DNA of 64,000 bases from Squalus acanthias (lineage: Eukaryota): assembly GCA_030390025.1 (NCBI GenBank), contig CM059432.1:108192001-108256000 (forward strand), in the 5' to 3' direction. Positions 1 to 12,650 of the stretch are shown here, piece after piece. The notes beneath the pieces were generated by a model that saw nothing but the letters and a program-made list of their open reading frames with translations, did not search any database and was not told the origin of the DNA. The position numbers and the translations under genes were made by a program. Position 1 is the stretch's first letter. The number at the start of each line of letters is the position of its first letter.

Positions 1-674
1 TGAGTGGCGCCCCCTGCCTTACCGCCTGGCGCATCCAACGACCAGAAGACTGGAACGCTATCAATCGCTGTGGGGCTGGGGGGGGGGCGCTATTTAAAGG
101 GGGCCTCTTCCTGTCTTTTATTGTTGGTGGCATTTTTGAACTACGCATTCTGAGAGAGAGAGGGAGAGACTTCTGGAGAGATTCAACGTTGTGTGAAGGA
201 GTTTTGGGTACTGAGCAGCACTTTGCAGGTTCATTTTGATTTGCCATTCCTTGTATCGATTTAGCAGAGACTGTGGGAGCTGCACTCTGAGCTCTTTGCC
301 TGGTACTCTCCATTGTTCTTTCCAGCACATTTGATGTGCAAGTCTCTCCAGGCCGAGATTCAAGGCTGCAATGAACAGGATGTGGATGGAAAGCAAGATT
401 AACCATCCCCTTTAAAAACTGGCCCGTGCCATTGTGTGTGTGTTCCATTGCTGACTGACATTACATGAGCTTCGCCAGCGCTCTGAGTTAGCGCCTCACT
501 CCTTGGCCTTTGCGCCTTAAGACAGTTGTGCAGCCCCTGATTTAGCGCTCCACTCACCTCCCGGGGCGGTAAAAGTGAAGTTTCCAGTCAGTGCCGATAA
601 TTAGCGCCAGGCGCTAATATTTGCGTCCGGACAATATTTGAGCCCCAAATGGGGCGCGACCTAATTTTTCCCCC
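1..674 (-). mobile_element. Non-autonomous Harbinger (PIF/Harbinger) derivative, inverted copy, continues beyond the window start
   Basis: Reverse complement is near-identical to 8068-8960 (ORF 118..396 translates identically to 8346..8624). Ends in TIR AATTTTTCCCCC (663-674) followed by TAT. Confidence 0.9.
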
Positions 675-1043
675 TATGACTCTATGGGGGAAAAATTAGG
701 TCGCGCCCCGTTTGGGGCGCAAATATCGTCTGGACACAAAAATTAGCGCCTGGCGCCAATTATCGCCACTAACTGGAAACTTCACTTTTACCGCCCCGGG
801 AGGTGAGTGGAGCGCTAAATCAGGCGCTGCACAACTGTCTTAAGGCGCAAAGGCCGAGCAGTGAGGCGCTAACTCAGCGCGCGAGCGCAGCGCAGGTGCT
901 GCCAGTTAGCGAGGGAACACAGACACACTGGCGCCGGCCAGTTCTTAAAGCAGGGGGGCCAACTTGCTCCCCAGCCACACCCTGCTCATTGCAGCCTTGA
1001 ATCTCGGCCTGGAGAGACCTGTGAATCCATTTTGCTGCCAAGG

Positions 1044-2856
1044 ATGGAGAGGGTGAGAGAACGAGCTCTGCGCTTCACCGAGCGGGCCTTGGATGCTCTG
1101 GTTGGCGCGGTGGAGCGCAGAAGATGTATACTCTTCCCTGAGAGTGGCAGGAGGCCTTTGCCACGCGAGTACAGAAGAGTGTGGAGGGAGGTGGCTCAGA
1201 GCGTCTCCTCCAGGAGCATGGTGCCCAGGACCCATGTTCAATGCCGCAAAAAGTTCAACGACCTCACTCGGGTCATCAGGGTGAGTGGCTTTTTCTCAAT
1301 ACCTCTCCATCCCTCCATCTCAACCTCACTCTATGGCCAGAGGGTCTTAAAACCCCAATGCACAACACTCATCCAACACCTATGGCCCTTTCATGAAACA
1401 CACACACACATTCCACACTTTGCATACAGTAAGGGCTATTCACCTATGGGAGGCACATCAGGCAAGACCATGGCTGCATACAGTAAGGGCTATTCACCTA
1501 TGGGAGGCACATCAGGCAAGACCATGGCTGTATATTTACTCAGATGCTGTCCTTTTACTTGCAGGCCAAGCTGGCGCATAATAGGAGACAGCAGCAACGG
1601 ACAGGTGGAGGGCGGCCTCAGCTGCATCCCCTCAGCGATCTTGAGGAGCGCGTCCACAGGATTGTGGCAAGCCGGGTGATCGGTCCCGTCGCCACTGGAG
1701 ACGCCGACCCCGTTCTGGACAGCAATGGTAAGGTCATCACCTTTTTGTCCTCTGTCCTTCCACTTGTCCCTCACAACACCAGCCTTTGACACTTTCAATC
1801 CAACTTGCTAACTCGCTGCACTTATTCCTCCCTTACTGCCACCCTGTCCTCACGCTAAAGCCACTCTTGTACCTCCCTGCTTTCAGATGGTGATTCACCA
1901 GCTGAGGAGACGGGCCCTGAAGCTGCCAGTGGGAGTGAAGCTGCAGCCGAGGAGGAAGAGGAAGCCGGAGCATCAGTGCCACCCTTCCCGAGGAAGCCCA
2001 TGCCCACACTGGGAACACGCCTTCCCTGGAGGGGAGCAGGGGGGAAGGGTCTGATGAGGGTGAAGCTCCAGGACCCAGCGGGCTGCAGCAACGCCATGGG
2101 GGTAGGGAAGAATGGGGGCCTTCTCCCCAGAGTATGCCAGCGACTCCTACTGCAATGGACGCAGAGGAGGAGCGGCTGATCGCAGAAATGAACACCCAGG
2201 CGGTGGGCATGCACACTGAGCTCATGGGTGCAGTGGGAAGGGTGCCCGAATGCATTGAGTCACTGGCAAGGAGTGTGGAGCACTTCGCTGTAGCACAGGC
2301 GGATGCCACACTAACGCTTAGTGCTGCAATTCAGTCACTGACTGCCGTGATCCCATCTCTGACTGCTCTCATGCAGACTCAGATTGAGGCCACGCGAGCA
2401 CTGACTGCTGCCAACCTTGATGGTTCGTTCACATGTCCCCGGGGCTCTCACCGCGCCGCAGCAGGCCAGCAATCTGTGCTCCAGCAGATTGCTCCGGATG
2501 CTGAAGTGCTGCCCCGTGGGAGTGCCAGTGTGTCGGGCGAGTAGGGAGTTGCTGTCCTCTCTCACGATGACAGCATTCCTGCTGCCAACACTGTCACTTC
2601 TCCACTGCACTTGCCACCGCCTGTAGGACAGACTGCTGCCGCCCATGCAGAGTTGGTGCAGTCTGCAGCCGGGCCCTCCAGGCCCAGAACTGGTCGAGGC
2701 CGTCCTTCAGGGGCATCTGCAGTGTCAGGGTCTGACAATCTGCAGCCTTCCACCAGCCTTGCCGCAGCCACTGAGGTCCCATTACGGAGGAGCAGTAGGG
2801 TTAGAAGGGGGGAAGTGCGCAAGGGAAGGAGATCACCCTCGAAGGGCAAAAAGTAG
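1044..2856 (+). pseudogene. Harbinger Myb/SANT-like (trihelix) DNA-binding protein, 3 exons, disrupted
   Basis: Exon 1 1044-1280 (RALRFTERALDALVGAV...WREVAQSV...RTHVQCRKKFNDL, donor GTGAGT). Exon 2 1565-1727 (AKLAHNRRQQQRTGGG, acceptor ttgcag, donor GTAAGG). Exon 3 from 1887 (acceptor tttcag) has an apparent frameshift near 1980, an in-frame TAG at 2542-2544 and a basic C-terminus ending at 2856. Confidence 0.8.
1421..1528. repeat. 54-bp perfect tandem duplication in intron 1 of the Harbinger Myb-like gene
   Basis: tgcatacagtaagggctattcacctatgggaggcacatcaggcaagaccatggc at 1421-1474 and 1475-1528. Confidence 0.95.
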
Positions 2857-3161
2857 GAGGTGTGACAAAATGCTGGTCATTTTTTTATTAAAGGCCGAGG
2901 TTCGTGGTCCAACTTTTGTTTAGTGTTTTGGACATTATCTCCAGGTTGTGAGAACCAGTTATGTTAATGACTTTTTTTTGTGTTTATTTCTATGAGTTTG
3001 TCATGAGGAAATGACACACACAGAGTTTGTAAAATAAATAAGTTTTTGAATTCAAAATATACATGTTTGGTGTTTGGAATCATTGGTGCCTTGGCCAGCT
3101 TGGCGTGCTGGGTTCATTGATGTTGTTAGCAATGGCAGAAGCCATTTCCACAGCAGGGGCC

Positions 3162-4322
3162 CTAGAAGCAGCTTGCTATCAGCCGTTGACGGACGGCCCT
3201 TGCAGTTTCACCATTGTGGGCCGCCCTCCCGCCTTGGTGCTGCTGATGATCATCCTCCTCGTCCTCTTCCTCCTCTTCCTCCTCCTCCTCTGGTGGTGCT
3301 CCAAGGCCTGGTGGCATTGGCTGGGTCCTGACGATTGCCATGTTATGCAACATGCAGCACACAACTACGAAGTTGGATACTCGCTCAGACGAGTACTGCA
3401 GGGCTCCTCCAGAATGGTCGAGACAGCGGAACCGTTACTTCAGCACGCCGATTGTGCGCTCAATGATGTTCCTGGTAGCTTGATGGCTCTCGTTGTACCG
3501 CAGCTCAGCAGGGGTGTTGGGCGTACGGAGCGGTGTCATCAGCCAGGTGCTCAATGGATACCCCTTGTCCCCGAGAAGCCAACCAACTGGCTGATGCGGT
3601 GCCTCGAAAAGTTCTGCCACAGTAGTCTGGTGCAGGATGAAAGCATCGTGGCAGCTGCCAGGATAGTGGGCATTGACAGCGAGTATCAGCTGTCTGTGGT
3701 CACAGACCAACTGAACATTCAAGGAATGGAACCCCTTTCTGTTCCGGAATTCCTCGGCATTCTCATGTGGAGCACGCAAAGCCACATGCGTGCAGTCAAT
3801 GGCGCCCTGCACCATGGGGAAGCCCGCTATCCTCACAAAGCCCAGAGCGCAGTCACGCTGCTTGTCTGGGGTCATGGGGAAAGAGATGAACTCTCGTCTC
3901 CTTTTAAAGAGGGCATTTGTGACCTGCCGGATGCAGCAATGCACCGCGAACTGGGAGATATTGGCGAGGTCCCCAGCAGCAGCTTGAAATGAGCCAGTAG
4001 CATAGAAGTTGAGAGCCACTGTGACCTTCACTGCCACCGACAGAGACGTCCTGGACCTCAGTTGAGGCTGCAGATCTGGCTGCAGCAGGTGGCAGAGCTC
4101 AGTGACCACCTCCTTGCTGAATCGCAGCCTTCGCAAACACAGCTCCTCAGACAAATGAATGTAGGAGAGCTGTTCACGATATACCCTGGGAGGGTAAGCT
4201 CTCCTGTACATACGCCTGTTGGCCCTCCTCCGTCTGGCCATCATTGCCACTCTCTCTCCGCGTCTCTGTGTCCTCCGATTCAGCTGGAGCAGGACGACGC
4301 CCCCATTCAGTGCAGCCCCCAT
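3162..4322 (-). pseudogene. Harbinger DDE transposase (HARBI1-like family) with one premature stop
   Basis: Motifs GAIDCTHV, NRKGFHSLNVQLVCD, YPGSCHDAFIL, LLGDKGYPL, YNESHQATRNIIERTIGVLK*RFRCLD and CCMLHN, then an acidic tail. A single TAA at 3435-3437 splits ORFs 3435..4391 and 3162..3362. Confidence 0.93.
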
Positions 4323-4839
4323 AGTCTCTTTGCAAGCAAAGTTATGAAGGACAGCAACCAAAGTACCAGCGAAGTTAGGATCAGTAGGCAAAACTACCTC
4401 ACAAAGCGTTGACTCAATGCAGAAGTCTCTCTTTCTCTCTCTCCGAATCTCTCTCTCTCTCTCAGAACGAGTGGTGCAAAAATGTCAACCACAGAAAAAG
4501 ACAGGAAGAGGCCCCCTTTAAATAGCGCCCCCCCCAGCCCCACAGCGATTGATAGCGTTCCAGTCTTCCGGTCGTTGGATGCGCCAGGCGGTAAGGCAGA
4601 GGGCGCCACTCAATTTCCGCTCCGGGGCGCCACAAGGGCGTTGCACCATGGAATGACGTCACAATCTGCGCGCGCAGGTGGTCGCAGCGGTAAAGTTTAG
4701 TGCCGCCGCACAATGTCTAGTTAAGTTCCCGAGCGGCGCAAACATCGCTGTGCCCGGGCGCTAGCGGTTTTGCGCCCCATTAGCGCCCTCTTAAGGCGCT
4801 AACGGGAGGCGCAACCAACTGAATTTTTACCCCTATGTT

Positions 4840-6110
4840 CCTCCCAAGCATGCTGCAATTGCCCCAGGTCATGTCTCAAATTACTCATGTACTGTATCCC
4901 AAAATATTATTTTCTAATTTGCATGTGAATGAATCAATATTAACATCTTCCGCCATCTCCCTAGGGAGTCTGTTCCATAGATTGACCACTCACTCACTGA
5001 AATATTGACCCTGATATTCACTGGGGTGGGGTTTAGGAGTGGTGGGGGGAGGATTTATGGTCAGAAAACCAGGAAGTGCTTTAGTGTTTTAACTCCATGG
5101 CATGCATGTTTTTTTTCAAAACAGATTCCCTGCCCGGAAGCCAACCTGATTGACATGCTTGGCTGCCTGTCAGGTGGGGATGTCCTCCAGAAAAGGCCGC
5201 AGCCGAGGATCAGGTAAGTTTTGTGGTTGTTGGGGGTAGAGATCGGGTGGTGGGGGGTGGATAGAGTGAGGTTGAGAGGGTCGGGTGTGATCGCAGGGTG
5301 TCGAAGATTGCATGCGGTCAGGGAATGATCGAAGGGGAGAGATTGGGTGTCGGGGGAGAGTCAGAGATCACAGGACGAGATCGGGGGTTTGATGATGGGG
5401 GGGTCGGTGATGGGGGGGTCGGTGATGGGGGGGTCGGTGATGGAGGGGGTCAGAGGGAGTTCGTGGATGTGGGGGGATGTTTACAGGTAGGCTTGTTGGG
5501 CCATGAGGAAGCACTCCTGCTCCTCCTGGCCCACAAGCAGTGCTATAAATGCACTTACCTGATGAATCCAGCCCTTCTCACCTCCTTTTACCTGCCAGGT
5601 TTCCCGAGGCCCGGAAAATTCGGTCCACAGTAATTAAAAATAGAAATCCTGTAAAAATGGAGACACGCAGCCTCCTTAAAAGGTTTCAACAACCGACCTG
5701 CCTCCTGAGAGCGGATTGGTCACCTGCTCCTTGTCCTTCATGCATTAAAACCAGAAGTGGACGGTTTTGAGGTGGGTTGGGTTCCTGTTTCAGATTTTTT
5801 ACATTTTAACCTCCCACCCAACCCAACCCCACCTGTTTTAGGGGGTTAAAATTACCTCCATTGTTTCCGCAGATTATGTTTTGAATTTACTCCTCTTCAA
5901 GTGCAGGCCGTGTCCTCTGGTTCTACTGTTCTGAACAAGGTGAAACAGCTTGTGCTGGTCTACATTGTCTCGTCCCTTTAGAATCCTAAAAACCTTTTCT
6001 TTTCCAATGCCCAATTTACATAATCACTCCTCATAATCCTATCCCCTCAATCATTCTGGTTGCTCTCTTTTGTATTCTTTCAGTAGCTGCAATATGCTAT
6101 TTATCATAAA
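4840..6110 (-). mobile_element. Old CR1 LINE 3' relic split by the MITE at 5007-5859
   Basis: Degenerate CR1 3'-end phrases (ttccatagattgaccact; tgtcctctggttct; cccctcaatcattctggttgctct) on both sides of the insertion. Confidence 0.5.
5007..5859. mobile_element. Harbinger-like MITE with an internal 15-bp repeat (gatgggggggtcggt)x3-4
   Basis: Flanked by ATT/ATT (5004-5006, 5860-5862), imperfect terminal repeats ending AAAATTACCTCC, interrupts a CR1 relic. Confidence 0.55.
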
Positions 6111-6938
6111 TGTTATTTTAATTACTTATTATTTATTCTGTTTCTGCTGAGCAGTGACATAATCGTTAATAGTATAACTCCAGAATCAGGCCCCTGACTG
6201 GACACCAGAGGTGAATGCTATTAGAGCTCAGAATGAAGTCTGTCTCTCGCTCTTGGATTTGATTCTGCATGGAGTATGAGGGTTAACTTTGCAAGCTTCA
6301 TTTAAATGGAGCGTGAATTGAGTCTGGATGTCAGCGCACATGATTTGCAGTACTCACAATTTTCCAGTGGCTAATTCTAATGATTGCAAAAATTGGGAGT
6401 GCCGCAAATCGATCATACTGATCCTGATTTTCTAATCTACACTCCCATCCCCTGCTGGAATCCCAGTTTTGCAAAATTTACTTTGTATTCCAGCGCAATG
6501 TCAAACTGGGTTTTAAAAGGCGCTCGGATGGTCCCGCAGCGGATCACCTGGACATCCCATAGTCTGAAATACAGCTGTTTAAAACATTTTAATACTCCTA
6601 TCCACTTTCGCAGAGCATTTAAAATTTACTATCCTGCAGCACTAATGCACAGAGCTCTCTTGTGCAGTGGAGAATTTAATTGGGAGGAATCCAGTATAAG
6701 GCAGGTACAGCCCAGCTTGTAGAAAGGACTCTGCAGCGACTGGCACCAGACTGGATAGCTACACTATAAGCGCTCCCGTAGAGTACAGCAACACATGTTT
6801 TTTTTTAGCAATTTTCAACATTTGTTAGAGCCAAACGCTAGTCTTATGTTCATAAAATTGTGTTCAGTGACCAGAAATATCCAAATAAAACTATCAGCTT
6901 CATCCATCAACTATTCTGCAGCACAATAAATTCTATGG

Positions 6939-7268
6939 CAGGGGTGTCTAACCTGTATCTCCTGAGGCCTGGTAATCTGGTTCGTCGAGCTAAGAGCTAA
7001 GAACTCAGTCCTAGTTGTGCGCATGTTTCTTTTTTGCTGGCTTGTCCTGTTTAATTTTATGGACCTGGAGGTGTGGGAAGGGCTGTTTTTTAGCACAGTT
7101 GCCTCATTGTTGGTTAAATCCCAAATCAGAACACCAAGATCTGTTTGTGCCAGCAACTTAAGATATCTACGAATTAATGGGAACTGGGATTCAAACCAGG
7201 TGTAGCCACCAATTCTCCATGCTACGCACTTATGTGGCTCATAATGAGGAAAAGCTTGGACATCTCTG
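6939..7268 (+). mobile_element. 330-bp hAT-type MITE, old copy
   Basis: TIRs CAGGGGTGTCTAAC and cttggacatctctg. Homologous and equal in length to 26217-26546. Confidence 0.7.
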
Positions 7269-7299
7269 CTCGAGGTTTTATCTGTATTTGCACCGCAGC

Positions 7300-7600
7300 T
7301 AGGGTTGGACATATTCCGGGAGATTTCATCACATGACATCTCTCCTGAAAATGCCCCACTCCCACACTACCGCCTGAAACGTCCATCCTCCTGGCTTTCT
7401 ATTGGAAAGCAAACAGACTCCTCGTTACCCAACTGGATGACTCTTGAATTGCCAGTCAAACAGCCTTTCCCTTACCTTCCCCATGTTCAATATGTTTTTA
7501 TGCCTCTAAGACTTTTCTCCCGGGTCACTCACAGCAGTGTCCGGGAGATTAATCTTTAATTCCTGGAGACTCCAGGGCAATCGGGAGGGTTGGCAGGACG
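7300..7600. mobile_element. Probable hAT (Blackjack-like) MITE
   Basis: Starts TAGGGTTGGAC and ends with a related inverted motif (...gggagggttggca). TSD not resolved. Confidence 0.35.
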
Positions 7601-8067
7601 GGAGAAGAAGGAACAGATGGGAATGCTCAATTCTGAACAGCACAGCTTTGAATCTTCCACAACTCAATTTTTGGCAGCTCTTAACAGCCCACCTTATGTA
7701 AGAGACATCCTCTAAGCACATGATTTTCACGTTAAAATAGGCTTTTAACCTCCTCCACACTAAATTGTAGTTACATTACACTGTGGATTGTTTCCATTTT
7801 TAATGTGTGTATGGATCACCTTTGATAGATATAATTTGATAGGAGCGCAGGTGAAAGTAACTAAAAATATGATTACAATACAACCAGAAAACGTTGCTTT
7901 AACAATTCAATTCAAACTGGAATATCAAATCACAAACATAAGCATCAGCTAATTATTCCATTATATTCCACAGTTGGAATGGACCCAATTGCTTAAATAT
8001 GCCTTTGAATTGCCAGTATATAGTCTCCAATTCTGTACTGCAACCTAGTCCTGACTTAGAACACCCC

Positions 8068-8960
8068 GGGGTAGAAATTAGGTCGCGCCCCATTTGGGGC
8101 GCAAATATCGTCTGGACGCAAATATTAGCGCCTGGCGCTAATTATCGGCACTGACAGGAAACTTCACTTTTACCGCCCCGGGAGGTGAGTGGAGCGCTAA
8201 AGCAGGCGCTGCACACCTGTCTTAAGGCGCAAAGGCCAAGGAGTGAGGCGCTAACTCAGAGCGCTGGCGAAGCTCATGTAATGTCAGTCAGCAAAGAAAC
8301 ACACACACAATGGCACGGGCCAGTTCTTAAAGGGGATGGTTAATCTTGCTTTCCATCCACATCCTGTTCATTGCAGCCTTGAATCTCGGCCTGGAGAGAC
8401 TTGCACATCAAATGTGCTGGAAAGAACAATGGAGAGTACCAGGCAAAGAGCTCAGAGTGCAGCTCCCACAGTCTCTGCTAAATCGATACAAGGAATGGCA
8501 AATCAAAATGAACCTGCAAAGTGCTGCTCAGTACCCAAAACTCCTTCACACAACGTTGAATCTCTCCAGAAGTCTCTCCCTCTCTCTCTCAGAATGCGTA
8601 GTTCAAAAATGCCACCAACAATAAAAGCCAGGAAGAGGCCCCCTTTAAATAGCGCCCCCCCCAGCCCCACAGCGATTGATAGCGTTCCAGTCTTCTGGTC
8701 ATTGGATGCGCCAGGCGGTAAGGCAGGGGGCGCCACTCAATTTCCGCTCCGGGGCGCCACAAGGGCGTTGCACCATGGAATGACGTCACAATCTGCGCGC
8801 GCAGGTGGTCGCAGCGGTAAGTTTTAGCGCCGCCGCACAATCTCAAGTTAAGTTCTCGAGCGGCGCAAACATCGCTGCGCACGGGCGTTAGCGGCTTTGC
8901 GCCCCATTAGCGCCCTCTTAAGGCACTAACGGGAGGCGCAACCAAGTGAATTTTTACCCC
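8068..8960 (+). mobile_element. Non-autonomous, internally deleted Harbinger related to the 686-4833 element
   Basis: TIRs GGGGTAGAAATT and AATTTTTACCCC, TSD CCC (8065-8067, 8961-8963). Left ~200 bp and right ~330 bp closely match the ends of 686-4833. Confidence 0.92.
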
Positions 8961-9377
8961 CCCATGTCTTAGGTAGCTTGATGCTAGGATCAATTCAGAA
9001 ACTGAGCTGCACGATCCATTGAATTAACAGGCATGATTAGAGATCAAATTTTACAACTTTCTATTCAATTTAGAAAAAAAAAAGTCTGAAATGATGTACT
9101 CTAAACAAATAATTTTATGAATTCACACTCCTGGGGCAAAGCTAGGCCCACTGGGAGTGCACATCAGGAATTCAAGAGGGGAGGCCACTGGATTTTGCTG
9201 GGTTGTCCACTCCCCACCCAGGTTCCCAATATACACTCCCAATGAGTGATGTTTTACACCAGAAGCCTGAGTTTGTAAACTCTAATCTTAAGTATCAGCT
9301 TGGATAAGTGGGTAGGACCTTTGCCTGTGAGTCAGAACATTGTGGGTTCAAGCCCCACTCCAGAACATGAACACAAA

Positions 9378-11121
9378 GGGCTGGATTTTACGAACCTCGG
9401 CTGGTCCGTGGTAGGCGACATCGGTGGCGGGTCCCGACCCCGCTGTTGTCTTCATCCCGGCCTCTGAAATGAATTTCCCTTGATGGGGCTTGTTAAGCCC
9501 ACCCAGAGTGTTTCCCGGCCAATTAGAGGAAGCGAGCCTGGTGACCTCATTTGATGATTCGTCATCAGCCGGTTTCCTTGAAGGGACCATGGCCAACTTT
9601 CTTTTGGCATTTGTGCTGTCAGTGTTCTACAGCATTGAGGTGCTGCAAACACTGACAATCACTGCACAGAGGTGCACGGCTGCACCCAGACTCTTCCATG
9701 ACTCCCTCCATATGCTTATGGAGGGAATCACAGCACACAGGGAGGTTCTCTTCCCTTCCCATGGGCAGAAGAGACCTCCCTAGGAGATCAACACAGCCTG
9801 GTTGCACATTGCAGAGGAGGGCACAAGCAGGGATGTGGTCAGGAGGACCTGGGTGCAGTGCCACAAACGTTTCAATGATCTCAGTAGATCACGAAACGTT
9901 AGTACAAAGCCACACTCAACCTCATCCTGCTGTGCCTCTCATCACATCCCCATCACTCTGCCTTCCCTACCCTACTCCTGCACATCTTTACTCACACCAA
10001 CTTATCTTGCACCTCCACCCATCCCTCTCTATCTACACTATCACATCCCCATCTCACTAGCCACCCCTCACACTTACCCTCATCCTGGTGCAATCATACC
10101 AACTAACAACACACGGGTTAGGCACTTGGGTGTTTTATGCAATGTTCATGTAAAGTTTCTGTTAATGTGTTGTCAAACATTGAAACCTTTATTTTCAACA
10201 GTTTGTGTTCTTGGACAGATTTGTGTGCACCTTTGAAAGTAGCTTAGTGAGTTTCAGTGAATGGTGAGACATAACGGTAACCCCCACAATGGTCATGAGT
10301 GTGAACCGAATGGCTTAGGCATAGTGTTGGTGTGGGGTGGTGCCAACCTGGCACATCATGCGAATACAGCATCAAGTGAAGTAAATCTGGCCATGGCGAG
10401 GCCATCCCTGGTCTCCCGGGCAGCAATGTGGTCAGGTGCTGATGCCCTGTGTCCTGTGCAGCATCAGTTGATTGCGGAGAAGGTTGGTGTTGCTATTGGT
10501 GCTGCTGGTGTGCCTGGTGCTGCTGGTGTTGAGGCTGATTGTGGTGGGATTCTGAGAACCAAGGTGAGAGAGTTTCAAGGGCACCCATGCTGATGGAATA
10601 GATGGCAGGTGAAGTAGAGATGACAGAAGTGAACTGTCAATGGTTGGAGGGGTAATGAGGTCAGACTGGATGGAGACTTGTGTAAAGACTTGCAACATCC
10701 TGAATCTGTAGTGGAAATGCAGTTTAGAGAAGCTGGTGGTTAAGGGAACATTTCTCAATCAGCTGGGAGCTTTGACTTGACATTTGAAGCTTTCAACTCA
10801 TCAGCTGATTCAATGGCCACTGACCTCCCACCTCACTTACACATACTTGTTCTAGGCACAGCGGGAAACCAGTGGCTGACCTGGCAAATCCAAAAATCTG
10901 GGAAAAAACATTGATAAGTGGCTGTAAACAAGCCACTAATGATTTTAATTGCCTCCCCCACCGCCGCATGTTGGGTCTGCTCAGCGCTGACAGAACCGGC
11001 ATCGGGGAAAGGCGCGTGGTGGCGGGTTCACAGCGGGGTCCCAACCCGCTGGGGAAAAGAAATACTTTCCCACCCGACCCGCCACCGATCACGCCCGCTG
11101 ACCCCCCGCAGAATCCAGCCC
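9378..11121 (+). mobile_element. Non-autonomous Harbinger family B with a Myb/SANT exon relic, inserted into a SINE head
   Basis: TIRs GGGCTGGATTTT and AGAATCCAGCCC, flanks AAA/ATA. Encodes APRL...WLHIAEE...RRTWVQCHKRFNDL with a stop. Second copy inverted at 21637-23413. Confidence 0.85.
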
Positions 11122-11154
11122 ATAGTTTACACAACCTTAGTTTATACTTTAGTT

Positions 11155-11550
11155 TATAAGGTTGAAGGATGATCTAGTCAAGGTATTTAAATAATTAAGG
11201 GATTTGATAGGGTAGATTAAAATAAACTATTTCTGGTGGGGGCATCTGGAACAAGAGGGCATCATCTTAAAATTAGAGTTAGGCCATTTCAGAGTGAAAT
11301 CAGGAAGCCCATTTTCACACAAACATTAGTGGAAATTTGGAACTCTCTCCCCCAAAAAGTTGTGCATGTTTTCTCAATTTAAATTTTCAAAACTGATGTC
11401 GATACATTTTTGTTATGTAAGGCTATCAAGGGAATGGGAACAAAGGCAGGCAAATAGAGTTGAGCTACAGATCAGCTATGATCCAAGTGAATGGAGGAAC
11501 AAGCTTGAAGGGCTGAATGGCCTACTCCTGTTCCTATCTTTCTATGTTTC
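11155..11550 (+). mobile_element. CR1 LINE 3' fragment
   Basis: Degenerate RT C-terminal region plus the CR1 3' hairpin (gggctgaatggcctactcctgttcc) and a ttctatgt tail. Confidence 0.75.
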
Positions 11551-11552
11551 TA

Positions 11553-12303
11553 ATGTCCAACACCGCCTTCAGTGTGCCAGTGCAGCCTTCGGTCGCCTGA
11601 GGAAGAGAGTGTTTGAAGACCAAGACCTCAAACCCAGCATCAAGCTCATGGTCTACAGAGCAGTAGTGATACCCACCCTCCTGTATGCTTCAGAGACATG
11701 GACCATGTACAGCAGGCACCTCAAAGCACTGCAGAGGTACCACCAACGCTGCCTCCGCAAGATCCTGCAAATCCATTGGCAGGATAGGCGCACCAACGTC
11801 AGTGTTCTCGCTCAGGCCAACATCCCCAGCATCGAAGCTTTGACCACGCTCGATCAGCTCCGATGGATGGGCCACATTGTCCGCATGCCCGATACAAGAC
11901 TCCCAAAACAAGCGCTCTACTCGGAGCTCCGACACGTCAAGAGAGCCCCAGGTGGGCAGAGGAAACGCTTCAAGGACACCCTCAAAGCCTCCTTGAAAAA
12001 GTGTAACATCCCCACTGACACCTGGGAATCCCTGGCCCAAGACCGCATAAAGTGGAGGAGAAGCATCCGGGAAGACGCTGAACACCTCGAGTCTCTTCGC
12101 CGGGAGCAAGCGGAAGTCAAGCGCAAACAACGGAAGGAGCGCACGTCAACCCAAGCACCCCACCCACCCGCCCCTTCAACCACCGTCTGCCCCACCTGTG
12201 ACAGAGACTGTAGGTCCCGCATTGGACTCATCAGTCACCTGAGAACTCATTTTTAGTGTGGAAGCAAGTCATCCTCGGTTCCGAGGGACTGCCTAAGATG
12301 AAG
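11553..12303 (+). mobile_element. 5'-truncated RTE-clade LINE
   Basis: RT C-terminal/thumb region (ASAAFGRLRKRVF...LLYASETW...QLRWMGHIVRM...CPTCDRDCRSRIGLISHLRTH), aagatg tail, 9-bp TSD ATGTTTCTA (11544-11552, 12304-12312). Same family as 44774-51152. Confidence 0.9.
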
Positions 12304-12329
12304 ATGTTTCTAGGCTGCTGCTTTAATGC

Positions 12330-12650
12330 AGTAAGTACTGAGGGAGTACAGCATTGCCAGAGGTGCCACCTTTCAGATGAGACGTTAAACCAAAGCCTCA
12401 TCTGCCTTTTCAAGTGGAAGTAAAAGATCCCACAGCACTATTTGAAGAGTAGGGAGTTCTGCTGATCAATATTCCTCCGACCAACCAATGACCAGATTAA
12501 CTGGTCACTCGTCTCGTTCGCTGTGTGTAAAATTGACTGCTGCGATTGGCTACATAACAGTGATTGCACTTCAAAAGTAATTATCTGTGAAGCCCTTTGA
12601 GACATCCCAAGGATGTAATGAGGGACTAGATAAATGCACGTTCTTTCTTA
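12330..12650 (+). mobile_element. Deu-domain SINE (SacSINE1/AmnSINE-like)
   Basis: Core agtactgaggga...tttcagatgagacgttaaacc...aaaagatccca...gcactatttgaaga, recurring at several places in the window. Confidence 0.7.

Larger units (their letters stand above)
686..4833. mobile_element. Full-length Harbinger DNA transposon with two convergent genes, both mutated
   Basis: TIRs GGGGGAAAAATT (686-697) and AATTTTTACCCC (4822-4833). 3-bp TSD TAT at 683-685 and 4834-4836. Carries a Myb/SANT-like gene on + and a DDE transposase on -. Confidence 0.95.

Noticed and set aside
3063..3992. 309-aa + strand ORF with an apparent transmembrane stretch
   Set aside because: Antisense shadow of the transposase. 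The Leu-rich run is the reverse complement of its poly-Glu codons.
3162..4322. Domesticated host gene HARBI1 (and NAIF1 for the Myb-like gene)
   Set aside because: It lies between TIRs with a TSD, carries inactivating lesions and has related relics nearby, so it is a transposon copy.
9295..9375. tRNA gene
   Set aside because: tRNA-like head of the SINE family seen repeatedly in the window. No complete cloverleaf.
11360..12256. 298-aa host ORF
   Set aside because: Read-through from a CR1 3' UTR into a truncated RTE fragment.
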